Origin: Planctomycetota bacterium
Lineage (GTDB): Bacteria > Planctomycetota > UBA1135 > UBA2386
NCBI GenBank assembly: GCA_046290465.1
Contig: JBKAGP010000001.1
Span: 4,480,001 to 4,544,000 of the forward strand
Reading direction: 5' to 3'
DNA: 64,000 nt
Shown here: positions 28,490 through 38,360 of the stretch, piece by piece
Layout: the number at the start of each line of letters is the position of its first letter
How positions within the stretch are numbered: the stretch's first letter is position 1
The notes under the pieces: generated by a model
The model's input: only the letters and a program-made list of their open reading frames with translations
What the model was told of the DNA's origin: nothing
Databases searched by the model: none
Made by a program: the position numbers and the translations under genes

Positions 28490-30238
28490 TTGCTGACCGG
28501 TGCGGTCGCGGCGCTGGCGTTGACGCACCAGCTGTGGCGGTCGTGGCGGCTCGAGGTGCAGCTGCGGCAGGCCGACTACGACCGCGACCGGCTGCTGGCG
28601 GAGCGGATCCTGCAGCGGGCGACGCGCTCGGAAGAGGTGTTCTCGGTGGTGGCGCCCGATCGGCGGGTGACGGTGAGGGGGGACGAGGTGGTGGCGGATC
28701 GCCGGGTGGCGTGGATCGACGTCGCCGACGACGAGAGCGACCGCGACCCGGTGGTGCTCGAACGGCTGCAGCGAGCGGCCCGCGCCGAGTTCGGGGACCG
28801 CGATCCGGCGGCGGCGCAGCGCGAGTTCGACGAACTGCTGTCTGGCCCACTGGTCTTCGAACAGCGGCTGCAGGTGCTCGCGGCGGCGGCCTGGCAGGCT
28901 CGGCGCGCCGGCGCCGACCAGCGGGTCGCGGAGCTGTGCGAACCGCTGCGAGAGGAGCTGCTGCGCGTCGCACCCGAGCGCCTCGCCCGCCCGACCGTCG
29001 CTGCGGCGGTCGCGGCCGCGGCCCGCCTCGGCGTCGTGGCCGACGCCACGGGCGACCTGCTCAGCTACCTGCCGACGCTGGTGTTCGCCGGCCTCGACGT
29101 CGACGCGGAGCTCGCCTCGCGCCATCGCCGACGCGCGGCGCTGCGCGAACGGTGCCGCCTGGCGGCCGCCTGCCTCGTCGATGCGCCGGACGACGCGCGT
29201 GTCGGCCTGCATCCGATCGACGCCGACCACGTGCTGTGGCGCATGCCGTCGGTCGACGGCGCTGGCCGCGCCGCCGTGCTGCAGCCTTCGCAGTGGCACG
29301 ACGCGGTGCTGGCGGCGGCCGACGCCGGCGCGACCTTCGAGTGGCCGCGCCGCGTCGTCGTCGTCTGCGGTGATCCGCGCGCACCGTCGCCGTTCGGCAT
29401 CGCCGGGGTGCAGGACCTCGTGCCCGCCACCGGCCCGGACCTCGGCGCCAACGCCTGGCTGCTGCCGGCGCTGACCGGCGCCCTGGCGATGGCGTTCGGG
29501 TTCGTGTTCTTCCAGCAGCGGCGCGCGGCCTCGCGCGAAGCGCAGGCGATTGCGCAGCAGGCGCAGTTCTTGACGACGGTCACGCACGAACTCAAGACCC
29601 CGCTCGCCGGCATCCGCCTGCTCGCCGAGATGCTCGCCGAAGGCCGCGCGAACGGCCGCGAGCACGAGTACTACCAGCTGCTGGTCGGCGAGTCGGCACG
29701 CCTCTCGATGCTGATCGACAACGTGCTCGACCTCGGCCGGCTCGAGTCGGGCCAGCGCCACTACGCGCTGCAACCGTGGCCGATCGCCGATGTCGTTCGC
29801 GAGACGCTGCGCATGCTGGTGCCGGTCCTCGAACGCGACGGCATCGACGTCGTCTTCGACGAGACACTCGGCGAGGCAACCGCGCAGATCGATCGTGATG
29901 CGTTCGTGCAGGCGTTGGTCGCGGTGCTCGACAACGCGCGCAAGTACGGGGCCGCCGGTCGGCGCGTCGAGGTGCGCGCGTGGCTCGAAGGCGGCCAGCC
30001 GCGCGTCGCCGTGCGCGACCACGGCCACGGCGTGCCCGACGGCGAACGCGAGGCCGTGTTCGAGCGGTTCGTGCGCGGCCGCGACCACGCCCACGGCTCG
30101 ACACCCGGCGTCGGCATCGGCCTCTATCTGGCCCGTTCGATCGTGCGTCGGCTCGGCGGCGAGCTGCGCTGCGTCGCGCCGGCCGACGGGCCGGGCGCGG
30201 AGTTCCGATTCACCCTGCAGGGCCACCCCAACGCATGA
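28490..30238 (+). CDS. Sensor histidine kinase (HisKA + HATPase_c); true start uncertain, probably slightly upstream
   Basis: THELKTPL, NARKY, DHGHG, GVGIGL; two TM segments. Confidence 0.9.
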   Translation: MLTGAVAALALTHQLWRSWRLEVQLRQADYDRDRLLAERILQRATRSEEVFSVVAPDRRVTVRGDEVVADRRVAWIDVADDESDRDPVVLERLQRAARAEFGDRDPAAAQREFDELLSGPLVFEQRLQVLAAAAWQARRAGADQRVAELCEPLREELLRVAPERLARPTVAAAVAAAARLGVVADATGDLLSYLPTLVFAGLDVDAELASRHRRRAALRERCRLAAACLVDAPDDARVGLHPIDADHVLWRMPSVDGAGRAAVLQPSQWHDAVLAAADAGATFEWPRRVVVVCGDPRAPSPFGIAGVQDLVPATGPDLGANAWLLPALTGALAMAFGFVFFQQRRAASREAQAIAQQAQFLTTVTHELKTPLAGIRLLAEMLAEGRANGREHEYYQLLVGESARLSMLIDNVLDLGRLESGQRHYALQPWPIADVVRETLRMLVPVLERDGIDVVFDETLGEATAQIDRDAFVQALVAVLDNARKYGAAGRRVEVRAWLEGGQPRVAVRDHGHGVPDGEREAVFERFVRGRDHAHGSTPGVGIGLYLARSIVRRLGGELRCVAPADGPGAEFRFTLQGHPNA

Positions 30239-30939
30239 GCTTCCACATCCTGTTCGTCGAGGACGACCACACGCTCAGAACGGCGCTGCGCGACGCGCTC
30301 GTCGGCGAGGGCCATCGCGTCACCGCGGCGGCCGACGGCCACGAGGCGCGCGCGCTGCTCCGCGAGCAGCGCTTCGATCTGCTGGTGCTCGACGTGATGC
30401 TGCCCGGACCGAGCGGCCTCGAGCTGCTGCGCGAGCTGCGCGACCGCGACGCCGACACGCCGGTGCTGATGCTGACGGCCCGCGGCGAGGAAGGCGACAA
30501 GGTGCTCGGTCTCGAGCTCGGCGCCGACGACTACGTGACCAAGCCGTTCTCGTTGCGCGAGCTGCTGGCGCGCGTCAAGGCGATGCTGCGACGGCGCGAC
30601 CCCGGCGAGTCGGCGTTCGTCGAGCGGTTCGCGCTCGACGATGGCGCGGTGCAGGTCGACCTGGCGGCGTTCACGCTGACCCGGGACGGCGAGGTGCACA
30701 AGCTGTCGCCGAAGGAGGCCGGGATGCTGCGGCTGCTGCGGCAGCAGCAGGGACGCGCGGTGTCGCGCGCCGACTTCTTGCGCGAGGTCTGGGGCGGGGA
30801 CCAGTTCGTCGGCGACCGCACCATCGACACGCACATGCTCAACCTCCGCCAGAAGCTCGAGCGAGACCACAGGCAGCCGGCGCACCTGCTGACGGTGCAC
30901 GGCGTCGGCTACCGCCTGCTCGAACGGCCCGAGGCTTGA
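30235..30939 (+). CDS. OmpR/PhoB family response regulator
   Basis: VEDD, LDVMLP, LTA, GADDYVTKPF, RTIDTH..LRQKLE, TVHGVGY. Confidence 0.96.
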   Translation: MSFHILFVEDDHTLRTALRDALVGEGHRVTAAADGHEARALLREQRFDLLVLDVMLPGPSGLELLRELRDRDADTPVLMLTARGEEGDKVLGLELGADDYVTKPFSLRELLARVKAMLRRRDPGESAFVERFALDDGAVQVDLAAFTLTRDGEVHKLSPKEAGMLRLLRQQQGRAVSRADFLREVWGGDQFVGDRTIDTHMLNLRQKLERDHRQPAHLLTVHGVGYRLLERPEA

Positions 30940-30952
30940 CCACTCCTTGACA
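30934..30952 (+). promoter_or_regulatory. Putative OmpR-family direct-repeat box
   Basis: GCTTGAC-N5-CTTGACA, 55 nt upstream of the HEAT-protein ATG. Confidence 0.6.
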
Positions 30953-31007
30953 CCGATCTGATCCGCGCCGGACCGCGGCCGACCGATCCACAGGTCTCAT
31001 CGACATC

Positions 31008-33794
31008 ATGAAGCACATCGCACTCGCAGGGTTGTTCGCGCTGGTGGCTCCGGCCGTCGCGCAGGAAGGAGCGGCAGCGGCGCCCAAGTGGTCGAAGCAA
31101 GCCAGGCTCGAGGTGGCCAAGGCCGTCGCCGCGGAAGAACAGGAACGCGACCTCGACAAGGCGCAGCAGCTGTATCGCGCAGCGATGCAGGACGCGGACC
31201 GCAGCGACGAGGCGAGGTCGTTCGCAGCGTCTCGACTGGCCGCGCTGCTGCGCCGGCTCGGCAAGGCCGACGAGGCCGATGCCGTGCTGCGGCAAGCGGG
31301 CAAGGGGGTGGTGGCGTCGCTCGACGACGTGACCAACGGCCGGGTCGGCCAGGATCGCGTCAAGGAGCTGCGCGCGCAGGCGCGGGTGCTGGTGCAGCGG
31401 ATCCTCGACAAGGGTAACGGCCGGCGCGTGATGCGGCGAACGCAGCTGACCGGGGTCTCGCGCGAGGACTCGGACCAGCTGTTCTGGATCGGGGACCCGG
31501 CGATTGTCGAGGTTGCGGCGGGGCTGCAGGAAGAACTCAAGAAGCCGTACGGAGGACGCGTCGGCAAGGCGCCGGGCCTGTTCGAGTTCTTGTGGATGCG
31601 CGGCGGGCCGGTGGCGTCGCGGTTCTTGTTGGATGCGATCGAGGGCGAGGTCGGAGCGCAGATGGTGGCGTTGGCCGCCAGCAGTGCGACCGAGATCGAC
31701 CTCGACTCACCGGGGGTCCGTGCCCTGCTCGAGAACGAGAGCGTCGGCATCGCGATGAACTTCCTCGACGGCCTGAGAGGCGAGGGGGGCGCGATCCAGA
31801 AGCTGACGACCGACCAGCTACTGACCGTGTGCGAACGCGGCCGACCGGCGGTCCGAGCGCTGGTGCTGCCCAAGCTGGCTGCGCGGCGCTTCGAAGCCCA
31901 CGAACTGAAGCGTGCGCACGAACTGGTGCGGGCCGCGCTGCAGGGTGCCGACCCGAAGCTGGGCAAGGCCGCCGAACTGTTCGTGACCAGCACTGCGTCG
32001 CAGCAGTCGGTGACCGGCCTGACGATGCTGCTCGAACGGCTGCACGACCTCGATACGCGCGGCGTGACTCCGGCGCCCTGGGCGCGCCGGGGGACCAACC
32101 GGAACTTCTCCGTGGGCGAGGCCGTCGCGCTGCTGCCGGCCATCGACGAGACCTCCCGGCAGATGCGCAGCGCGGCGAAGAGCACCGCCCGGCAGTGGCT
32201 GACGTCGCTGATGATCCAGCTCGTCTACGACGCCAAGGACGACCGCGTGATGCACGCCGCGCTCCGATGGGCCGACCGTGGTTACGAGGTCTACGAGGCG
32301 ATCTCGCACAACATCACGAGGGGCACCCTGGTGCCCGCGCTCGAGCGCGCTCCGGAGATGTCGGCCGACGGTCGCCGCATCCTGTTGTCCAACGTTCCGA
32401 CCCGGGCGATGAGCGCCGAGGCCTTGCCGCGGTTGCTCGCGGTGGCGCCCGAACTCGGCGACGATCTGCTGCCGCGCGTCGGCCGGCTGGTCTCGTTCGC
32501 CGGCACCGACGAGGCGGTCGACTGGATCATGGATCAGTGGCGCCAGGCCAAGGTCCGCTTCCCGGAGTCCGCTGCGAACTACACCAAGTGGGTCCCGGAG
32601 GCGTTGATCCGGGTCGGCCGGAGCAACCGCAGCGAACGGGTGCGCGCCGCGATGCGCGCGGTCGTGCGCGGCTTCGGCGGTCCGCAGGCGCGCGGCAAGG
32701 AACTGGCGCGGCTGCTGCTGGCGTTGATGTCGATGTCGGACGAGCGCGTGCTCGACTTCCTCGGCGTCGGGGTCGGGTTGGGCCAGCGTGGGCACCATCC
32801 GTATCCCGAGGGCGCCAGCCAGCTGATGAGTCCGGTTGGCTACCTGCTCGACAACGGCGACCCGAAGCACGGCTACTCGGACGAGCAGGCCGCTGCGGTC
32901 GTTCGCAAGCTCGCGGCCATGCAGGAGCACGTTCCGTTGCTCGAGATGTGCGATCCGAAGCTGGTCTCGGATGCGCTGCTGCTCGTGCTGGCCGAGCACG
33001 ACCGGACCATGTTCAAGAACCGGACCTGGATCAACGAAGTCGTCCATCGCCTCAACGTTCGCTTGCACGCTGGCGACGACGTGGATGGCATCGAGCCGTA
33101 CTTCCTGCAGCAGCTCGGGCGCGACGGCCGGTTGAACCAGTGGTTCTACCTGCTGCCCGCCAGGATCGTCGACCGCTACCGGAAGCAGATCGCGGCGTTG
33201 CTCGACGGCGATGACGGGGAATGGGCCGAAGCCGCGTGCGTTCGCCTGTGGCGTCACGATCGCGGCATCGACCTGCGCACCGCGCTCGAGAACGAGCATG
33301 CCACGGTGCGGTTGTGGGCCATCGATCGCCTGGCCCGCGACCGGACCCCGGTGGAGTCGGCGGTGTTGGTGGCGCGGCTGGACGACCCCAACGAGCAGGT
33401 GCGGCTGCTGGCCGCAAACCGGCTCGGCGCGATGGTCAGCAAGCAGGCGGTGCCGAAGCTGATCGAGCTGCTGAAGGACCCCGTCTTCTCGGTGCAGGAA
33501 GAAGCCTCCAAGGCGCTCACGCGCATCCGCTTCTACCACGAGCAACAGGCCCACTGGGACCGCATCCTCAAGGGCATGGACGCGTCGCCGCAGTCCGCCG
33601 TCGAGAAGCTGCTGCTGCAGGCGAAGCCCACCGCGCGCAAGGAGCAGCGCCTGCTCGCGATCGCGTCGCTGGGCGTGCTCGGCAAGCCGGAGGCGCTGCC
33701 GTTCTTGATCGACTGGACGCAGGACGCGGACGCCGCGATCGCCGAGGCCGCCAAGGCCGCGGTCCAGAAGATCCACCTCGACCCGAAGAAGTAG
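31008..33794 (+). CDS. Secreted alpha-helical protein with C-terminal HEAT repeats
   Basis: Signal peptide AVAQ; LDDPNEQVRLLAANRLG, AVPKLIELLKD, AIASLGVLG. Confidence 0.8.
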   Translation: MKHIALAGLFALVAPAVAQEGAAAAPKWSKQARLEVAKAVAAEEQERDLDKAQQLYRAAMQDADRSDEARSFAASRLAALLRRLGKADEADAVLRQAGKGVVASLDDVTNGRVGQDRVKELRAQARVLVQRILDKGNGRRVMRRTQLTGVSREDSDQLFWIGDPAIVEVAAGLQEELKKPYGGRVGKAPGLFEFLWMRGGPVASRFLLDAIEGEVGAQMVALAASSATEIDLDSPGVRALLENESVGIAMNFLDGLRGEGGAIQKLTTDQLLTVCERGRPAVRALVLPKLAARRFEAHELKRAHELVRAALQGADPKLGKAAELFVTSTASQQSVTGLTMLLERLHDLDTRGVTPAPWARRGTNRNFSVGEAVALLPAIDETSRQMRSAAKSTARQWLTSLMIQLVYDAKDDRVMHAALRWADRGYEVYEAISHNITRGTLVPALERAPEMSADGRRILLSNVPTRAMSAEALPRLLAVAPELGDDLLPRVGRLVSFAGTDEAVDWIMDQWRQAKVRFPESAANYTKWVPEALIRVGRSNRSERVRAAMRAVVRGFGGPQARGKELARLLLALMSMSDERVLDFLGVGVGLGQRGHHPYPEGASQLMSPVGYLLDNGDPKHGYSDEQAAAVVRKLAAMQEHVPLLEMCDPKLVSDALLLVLAEHDRTMFKNRTWINEVVHRLNVRLHAGDDVDGIEPYFLQQLGRDGRLNQWFYLLPARIVDRYRKQIAALLDGDDGEWAEAACVRLWRHDRGIDLRTALENEHATVRLWAIDRLARDRTPVESAVLVARLDDPNEQVRLLAANRLGAMVSKQAVPKLIELLKDPVFSVQEEASKALTRIRFYHEQQAHWDRILKGMDASPQSAVEKLLLQAKPTARKEQRLLAIASLGVLGKPEALPFLIDWTQDADAAIAEAAKAAVQKIHLDPKK

Positions 33795-33808
33795 CCGTCG
33801 GCGCGGTG

Positions 33809-36676
33809 CTACGGCACCGTGCTGACGACGCGTGGCGCCGCCATCCGCTGCCAGACCGCGAGCGTGCGTTCTGCGGTGGCGCGCCAGGTGAACTGCTCGG
33901 CCTGCAGCGCGCCGCGCCGGCGCAACTCGGCGCCGAGCGTCGGCTCGTCGAGCAACCGCAGCACGTGCGCAGCGGCGCCGGCCTGGTCGTCCGGGTTCAC
34001 CAGCAGCGCGGCGTCGCCGGCGACCTCCGGGTGCGACGTGACGCCGCTCGCGATCACCGGGCAGCCCTTGGCCATCGCCTCGAGGATCGGCAGGCCGAAG
34101 CCCTCGGCGCGCGACAGGAACAGCAGCGCGGTGGCCGATGCGTAGAGCGCGTTGAGGTGCTTGCGCGGCAGGTAGCCGGTGAACGTCACGTCCGGCACGT
34201 TGCGCTTCGAACAGAACGCCGCGGCGGCGGTGGTGCCCGGATCGATCGCGCCGACGACCACCAGCTGCAGCGGTTGCTTCGCGCGCGCCATCAAGAACGC
34301 GTTGAGCGCGCAGTAGAAGTTCTTGTGCGGATCGTGCGCGCCGACGTGCAGCACGAACGGCCCGCGGATGCCGAGGTCGGCGTGCACTTCCGAGATCTCC
34401 GCCGCCGACGGCGGCCGGCCACCGTCGCGGTGCAGGCCGGCGAGGATCGGCGTGACCCGCCGCGCCGGGATGTCGGTGTGCGCGAGCACGTCCTGCGCGG
34501 TGAACGCCGAGTTGGTCAGCAGGTGTACGTCGCTGCGCTCGAGCTGGCGCAACCGGTCGAGGTAGCCTTCGCGGTTGGCTCGCGGCCACTCGTCGAGATA
34601 GCGGTGCAGCGGCGTCAGGTCGTGGAACGTCGTCGTCACGCGCGGGTGCCGCAGCGTGCGGATCGGCGAGTCGAACCCGAAGCTCATGTTCATCGGGTCG
34701 GGCAGGTGCACCAGGTCGACCTGCTCGGACCGGTAGCCGTCGATCTGCTGCAGCGTCACCTGCGGCAGCTGCAGCACCGGCGGCAGCACGGCGCCGTCCT
34801 GCGTTGCGTAGCCGACGATGCGCAGGCCCGGATCGGCCTCGCACAGCGCGGCGAGGTGCTGCGTCGTGAACTTGCCGATGCCGCGCGCGGTCGAGTCGGC
34901 GTAGAACAGCGTGCGCAGGTCGACGCCGACGGTCAGCGTCGGCGCAACGGCGGGCAGCGCCGGCGTGATGCAGGTGTCCTTGGGCTTGGGCTGCCAGTGC
35001 GCCGCGAACACGAACGACGTCAGCACCTGCGGGCCGACGATGCTCGAGAGCGCCGGATACTGCGCCACGTCCGGCGCCGTGACGCAGGCCTCGAGCACCG
35101 CGTCGTCGACCGCCAGCGCCAGCGGCGCGGTCGGCCGCAGGCGGGTCCGTTCGATCAGGTCGAGGTCGAGCTGCAGCGGTTGCGGCGTCGCCTTGGTCGG
35201 CACGCCGTTGAGCGCGGTCTGGCCGAGAACCAGCACGAGCGTGTCGTCGTCGGCGTGGCGCGACAGCGTCTCCTCGATCACGTCCGTGTCGAGCACCATG
35301 GAGAAGATCACCGCGTCGAAGCGATCGCGGGCCGCGCGACCGTCGCTGCAGACCTCGACGCCGAGGCCGCTCAACCAGTCGGCGACGCGGCCCAGTTCGT
35401 TGCCGAGGTGCAGGACCCGCGCGCCCGCGCGCGCGACGCCGTGGCGCGACAGGTGCGACGCGAACGCGAGCTGCTCCCACAGCTGGGCCGAATGCGCGTA
35501 CGGGTCGTCGACGAGTCCGCGGACCCGCAAGGCCTCGGCCGCCGCGCCGAACTCGGGTGATCCGAAGTCCGCATCGCGGCAGACGCCCTGGCCGGGGATC
35601 GTGCCTTCGCGGTGCGGCCCGCCTCGAACCATCGAGCGCAGCAGCGGCGTGTTGCCGGCGCGCTGCAGCGCCGCGGCGATGTCGGCGAACCGCCGGGACA
35701 GTGCCTCGTCGCGGAGCTGGTCGGCCTGTTCGCGGTGCAGCTCGAGCAGCGCCCACGTGCAGGCGGGGATCGGGTGGCGGTGGTCGTCGAACCAGCGCAC
35801 CGGATCCTGTTGCTCCAGCATCTGCTCGAGCAGGGTCGCCGCGGCGGCGAGCTCGCTGCGGCCGACCGCTCGGCCGATGCGTCGCCGCATCTCGGCGCGC
35901 ACCAGCTGTGGCAGGTAGGGGCCGCCCTCGCGCTTGACCCAGCCGTCCGCATCGACGTAGCCATGCGTGCGCCACTTGCCCGCCAGGTAGGCGAGGTTGT
36001 CGCGCGAGCCGCCGTGGACGAGGTCGGGCGTCGCGACGCCGGACGCGTGCTCGTGGTGCACGATGGCCGCCTCGGGCACGGCGACGACGTCGAAGCCGGC
36101 GGCGATCGCACGCACGCAGTAGTCGTCGTCCTCGTGCCAGAACTGGCCGAGCTCCTCGTCGAACCGCCCGATGGTGCGCGCCGCGTCGGCGCGCACGAAG
36201 CACGCGAAGCCGCCGCTGACGACGTCGACGTGCGCGGTGCGCGCCGGCGCCGGCAGCAGCTCGCGGCCGGTCTCGTGCACGGTGATCAGGTGGCCGACCT
36301 TGCCGAGAACGCGCGCACCGGGGAACTGCCGCATCGCCTCGGCGAACGGCTGCAGCCAGCCCGCCTCGAACTCGAGGTCGTTGTCGACGAACACGATCCA
36401 GTCGTGCGGCTGCGTCTCCGGCAGGATGAAGTCGAGCAGGTCGTTGCGTCCGCCCGGCACGCCCCGGTTGCTCTGGTTGAGTCGATAGCGCAGCCACGGT
36501 TGCTGCTGGGCCTGCAGCCACGCCTGCGTGCGACCGTCCGGCGACGCGTTGTCGACGACGTGCAGCACGAACGGCTGCCCGGTGGTCGCCGCGATCGTGC
36601 GCACCGCCCGTTCGGTCTCGGCGAGCGCACCGTAGGTGAGCATCGCGAAGTGCAGGGTCGGGCCGGCGTCGCTCAT
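33809..36676 (-). CDS. Multidomain glycosyltransferase (GT2 + central domain + GT4)
   Basis: VDNAS, FVDND, EDDDY (GT2); HKN, EGFGLPILEAM (GT4). Confidence 0.9.
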   Translation of the reverse strand: MSDAGPTLHFAMLTYGALAETERAVRTIAATTGQPFVLHVVDNASPDGRTQAWLQAQQQPWLRYRLNQSNRGVPGGRNDLLDFILPETQPHDWIVFVDNDLEFEAGWLQPFAEAMRQFPGARVLGKVGHLITVHETGRELLPAPARTAHVDVVSGGFACFVRADAARTIGRFDEELGQFWHEDDDYCVRAIAAGFDVVAVPEAAIVHHEHASGVATPDLVHGGSRDNLAYLAGKWRTHGYVDADGWVKREGGPYLPQLVRAEMRRRIGRAVGRSELAAAATLLEQMLEQQDPVRWFDDHRHPIPACTWALLELHREQADQLRDEALSRRFADIAAALQRAGNTPLLRSMVRGGPHREGTIPGQGVCRDADFGSPEFGAAAEALRVRGLVDDPYAHSAQLWEQLAFASHLSRHGVARAGARVLHLGNELGRVADWLSGLGVEVCSDGRAARDRFDAVIFSMVLDTDVIEETLSRHADDDTLVLVLGQTALNGVPTKATPQPLQLDLDLIERTRLRPTAPLALAVDDAVLEACVTAPDVAQYPALSSIVGPQVLTSFVFAAHWQPKPKDTCITPALPAVAPTLTVGVDLRTLFYADSTARGIGKFTTQHLAALCEADPGLRIVGYATQDGAVLPPVLQLPQVTLQQIDGYRSEQVDLVHLPDPMNMSFGFDSPIRTLRHPRVTTTFHDLTPLHRYLDEWPRANREGYLDRLRQLERSDVHLLTNSAFTAQDVLAHTDIPARRVTPILAGLHRDGGRPPSAAEISEVHADLGIRGPFVLHVGAHDPHKNFYCALNAFLMARAKQPLQLVVVGAIDPGTTAAAAFCSKRNVPDVTFTGYLPRKHLNALYASATALLFLSRAEGFGLPILEAMAKGCPVIASGVTSHPEVAGDAALLVNPDDQAGAAAHVLRLLDEPTLGAELRRRGALQAEQFTWRATAERTLAVWQRMAAPRVVSTVP

Positions 36677-37488
36677 CGCTGCTCCTTGTGGAAGTAGGCC
36701 ATCCACAGCTGGCGTTCGGCGAGCTTGTCGATGTCGAGCAGCGGCGTGGTGCCGTCGTACTCGCAGTAGCGGATCGTGTAGCCGGCGGCGGCGACGTCGC
36801 GCAGCCACGGCGCGGCCTCGGCGTTGACGGTCACCTCGGCGAACACGTGCATCTGCGGGTTGTGCGCCAGCACGCCCTGCATGCCGCGCCAGATCGCCGG
36901 CTCGCTGCCCTCGCAGTCCATCTTGAGCACCTGGATCGGCGCCAGGTCGCCGAGCAGCTGGTCGAGCGTGCGCATCGGCACGTCGAGGATGCCGTCGTGC
37001 CGATAGTCCTCGGGCACGATGCACGCGCCGCCGAGGTTGTCCTCGCCGTGCACCAGCAGCCGCGCGCTGCCTTCGCGATCACCGACCGCGCACTCGACCA
37101 CCTCGAAGTGCTGCCAGCCGTTGCGTTGGCCGGTCAGGCGCAGCCGTCGCGCCAGCTCCGGATTGGCCTCGACCGAGATCACCGCGGCCGCGCCGAGCGA
37201 CTGGAACAGCGCGCCGAAGTAGCCGGCGTTGGCGCCGAGGTCGACGCAGATCGTGCCGGGCCGCATGCAGTCGGCGATCGCCTTGGTCACCCACCACTCC
37301 CAGAAGCCGACCTCGAGCATGTGCCGCGCGACCGATCCGTCGCGGGGATCGACGACCACGTCGCAGGTCTCGAGCACGCGAGCGATCGCATCGGTCTCGG
37401 TGTCGGCGTGGGTGGGGCGCTTCTGTGCGGCGATCGCACAGCGCAACTCGGACTTCTCCCGGGGGACCTGCAGCAGTTGGTAGTTCAA
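36673..37488 (-). CDS. FkbM family methyltransferase
   Basis: VDLGANAG, VEANP, TLDQL, KMDCEGSE; TTG start 7 nt after AGGAG. Confidence 0.9.
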   Translation of the reverse strand: MNYQLLQVPREKSELRCAIAAQKRPTHADTETDAIARVLETCDVVVDPRDGSVARHMLEVGFWEWWVTKAIADCMRPGTICVDLGANAGYFGALFQSLGAAAVISVEANPELARRLRLTGQRNGWQHFEVVECAVGDREGSARLLVHGEDNLGGACIVPEDYRHDGILDVPMRTLDQLLGDLAPIQVLKMDCEGSEPAIWRGMQGVLAHNPQMHVFAEVTVNAEAAPWLRDVAAAGYTIRYCEYDGTTPLLDIDKLAERQLWMAYFHKEQR

Positions 37489-37576
37489 GGCGGAGCTCCT
37501 GGCCGACGATCGGTCCCATCGACATCCGCGCCGTCGCGACTCAAGCCATGGCACCGGCGTTTCCGATCAGGCGGGC

Positions 37577-38266
37577 ATGGCGACGATCCAGGCCAGAACC
37601 GCCCCGGGCACGCTGGTGCTCGACCCCAACCTTCCGGCGCACGTCGCCTTGCGCCGGTCGCTGCCGCGTTGGCGCGCGGTCGCGTGCAGCGAACTGATCG
37701 GACGGGACGTCACCGCCGGCGCCAGGCTGTGCGTCGCCGACTGGCGGATCTTCGGCGCGGTGCCGTACCTGCGCGAAACGCTGATGCAGAACCGCGGCCG
37801 CACGATCGCCCTCGTCGGCCTGTCCGACGAACCGTGCGACGACGGCGCGCTCGCGATGCTGCGCCGCTTCGCCGGCGAGGTCGTCGCGCTGGTCTCGGCC
37901 GCGCAGCCGTCGTGGACCAGCCGCCTGCTGGTGCCGGTCTCGACGGTCGGTCCCGCCGGCGTCGCCGACGCGATCGTCGAGGCGTGCCGTCGGCCGGCCG
38001 CGGACCTCGGCAGCGTCGACGTGCACCTGCGTGAGGCGATCCAATACATGCAGCGCGGCGACGACGACGGCGCGTTCCAGGCATCGGCACGCGCGCTGGC
38101 GATGGCGCCGGACCAGCCCGGCATCATCGCGGACGTCGCGAGACTGCTCGCTCGCATGGGCCGTTCGGCAGACGGCGAACAGCTCTGCCGCACGTTCTTG
38201 CTGCAGCGCCCCGACAGCGCGCCGGTCCAGGCCGCGCTCGGCGAACTCGCACCGCTGCGCTGCTGA
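37577..38266 (+). CDS. Hypothetical protein with C-terminal TPR
   Basis: GDDDGAF..RALAMAPD..LARMGR..LLQRPDS TPR pattern. Confidence 0.65.
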   Translation: MATIQARTAPGTLVLDPNLPAHVALRRSLPRWRAVACSELIGRDVTAGARLCVADWRIFGAVPYLRETLMQNRGRTIALVGLSDEPCDDGALAMLRRFAGEVVALVSAAQPSWTSRLLVPVSTVGPAGVADAIVEACRRPAADLGSVDVHLREAIQYMQRGDDDGAFQASARALAMAPDQPGIIADVARLLARMGRSADGEQLCRTFLLQRPDSAPVQAALGELAPLRC

Positions 38267-38360
38267 ACGGCTTGCGTATACAGATCGGTAACAAGTCGGA
38301 AGAAGTTCTTGTGCCGCTCTGCGTGTCGCATCGGGATCGGCTCGTATCATCGCCGCCCCG

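Noticed and set aside
28436..28492. Frameshift at the kinase 5' end
   Set aside because: The frame is open back to 28409 with no ATG/GTG, and an out-of-frame GTG sits at 28455. I cannot distinguish an alternative start from an error without reads.
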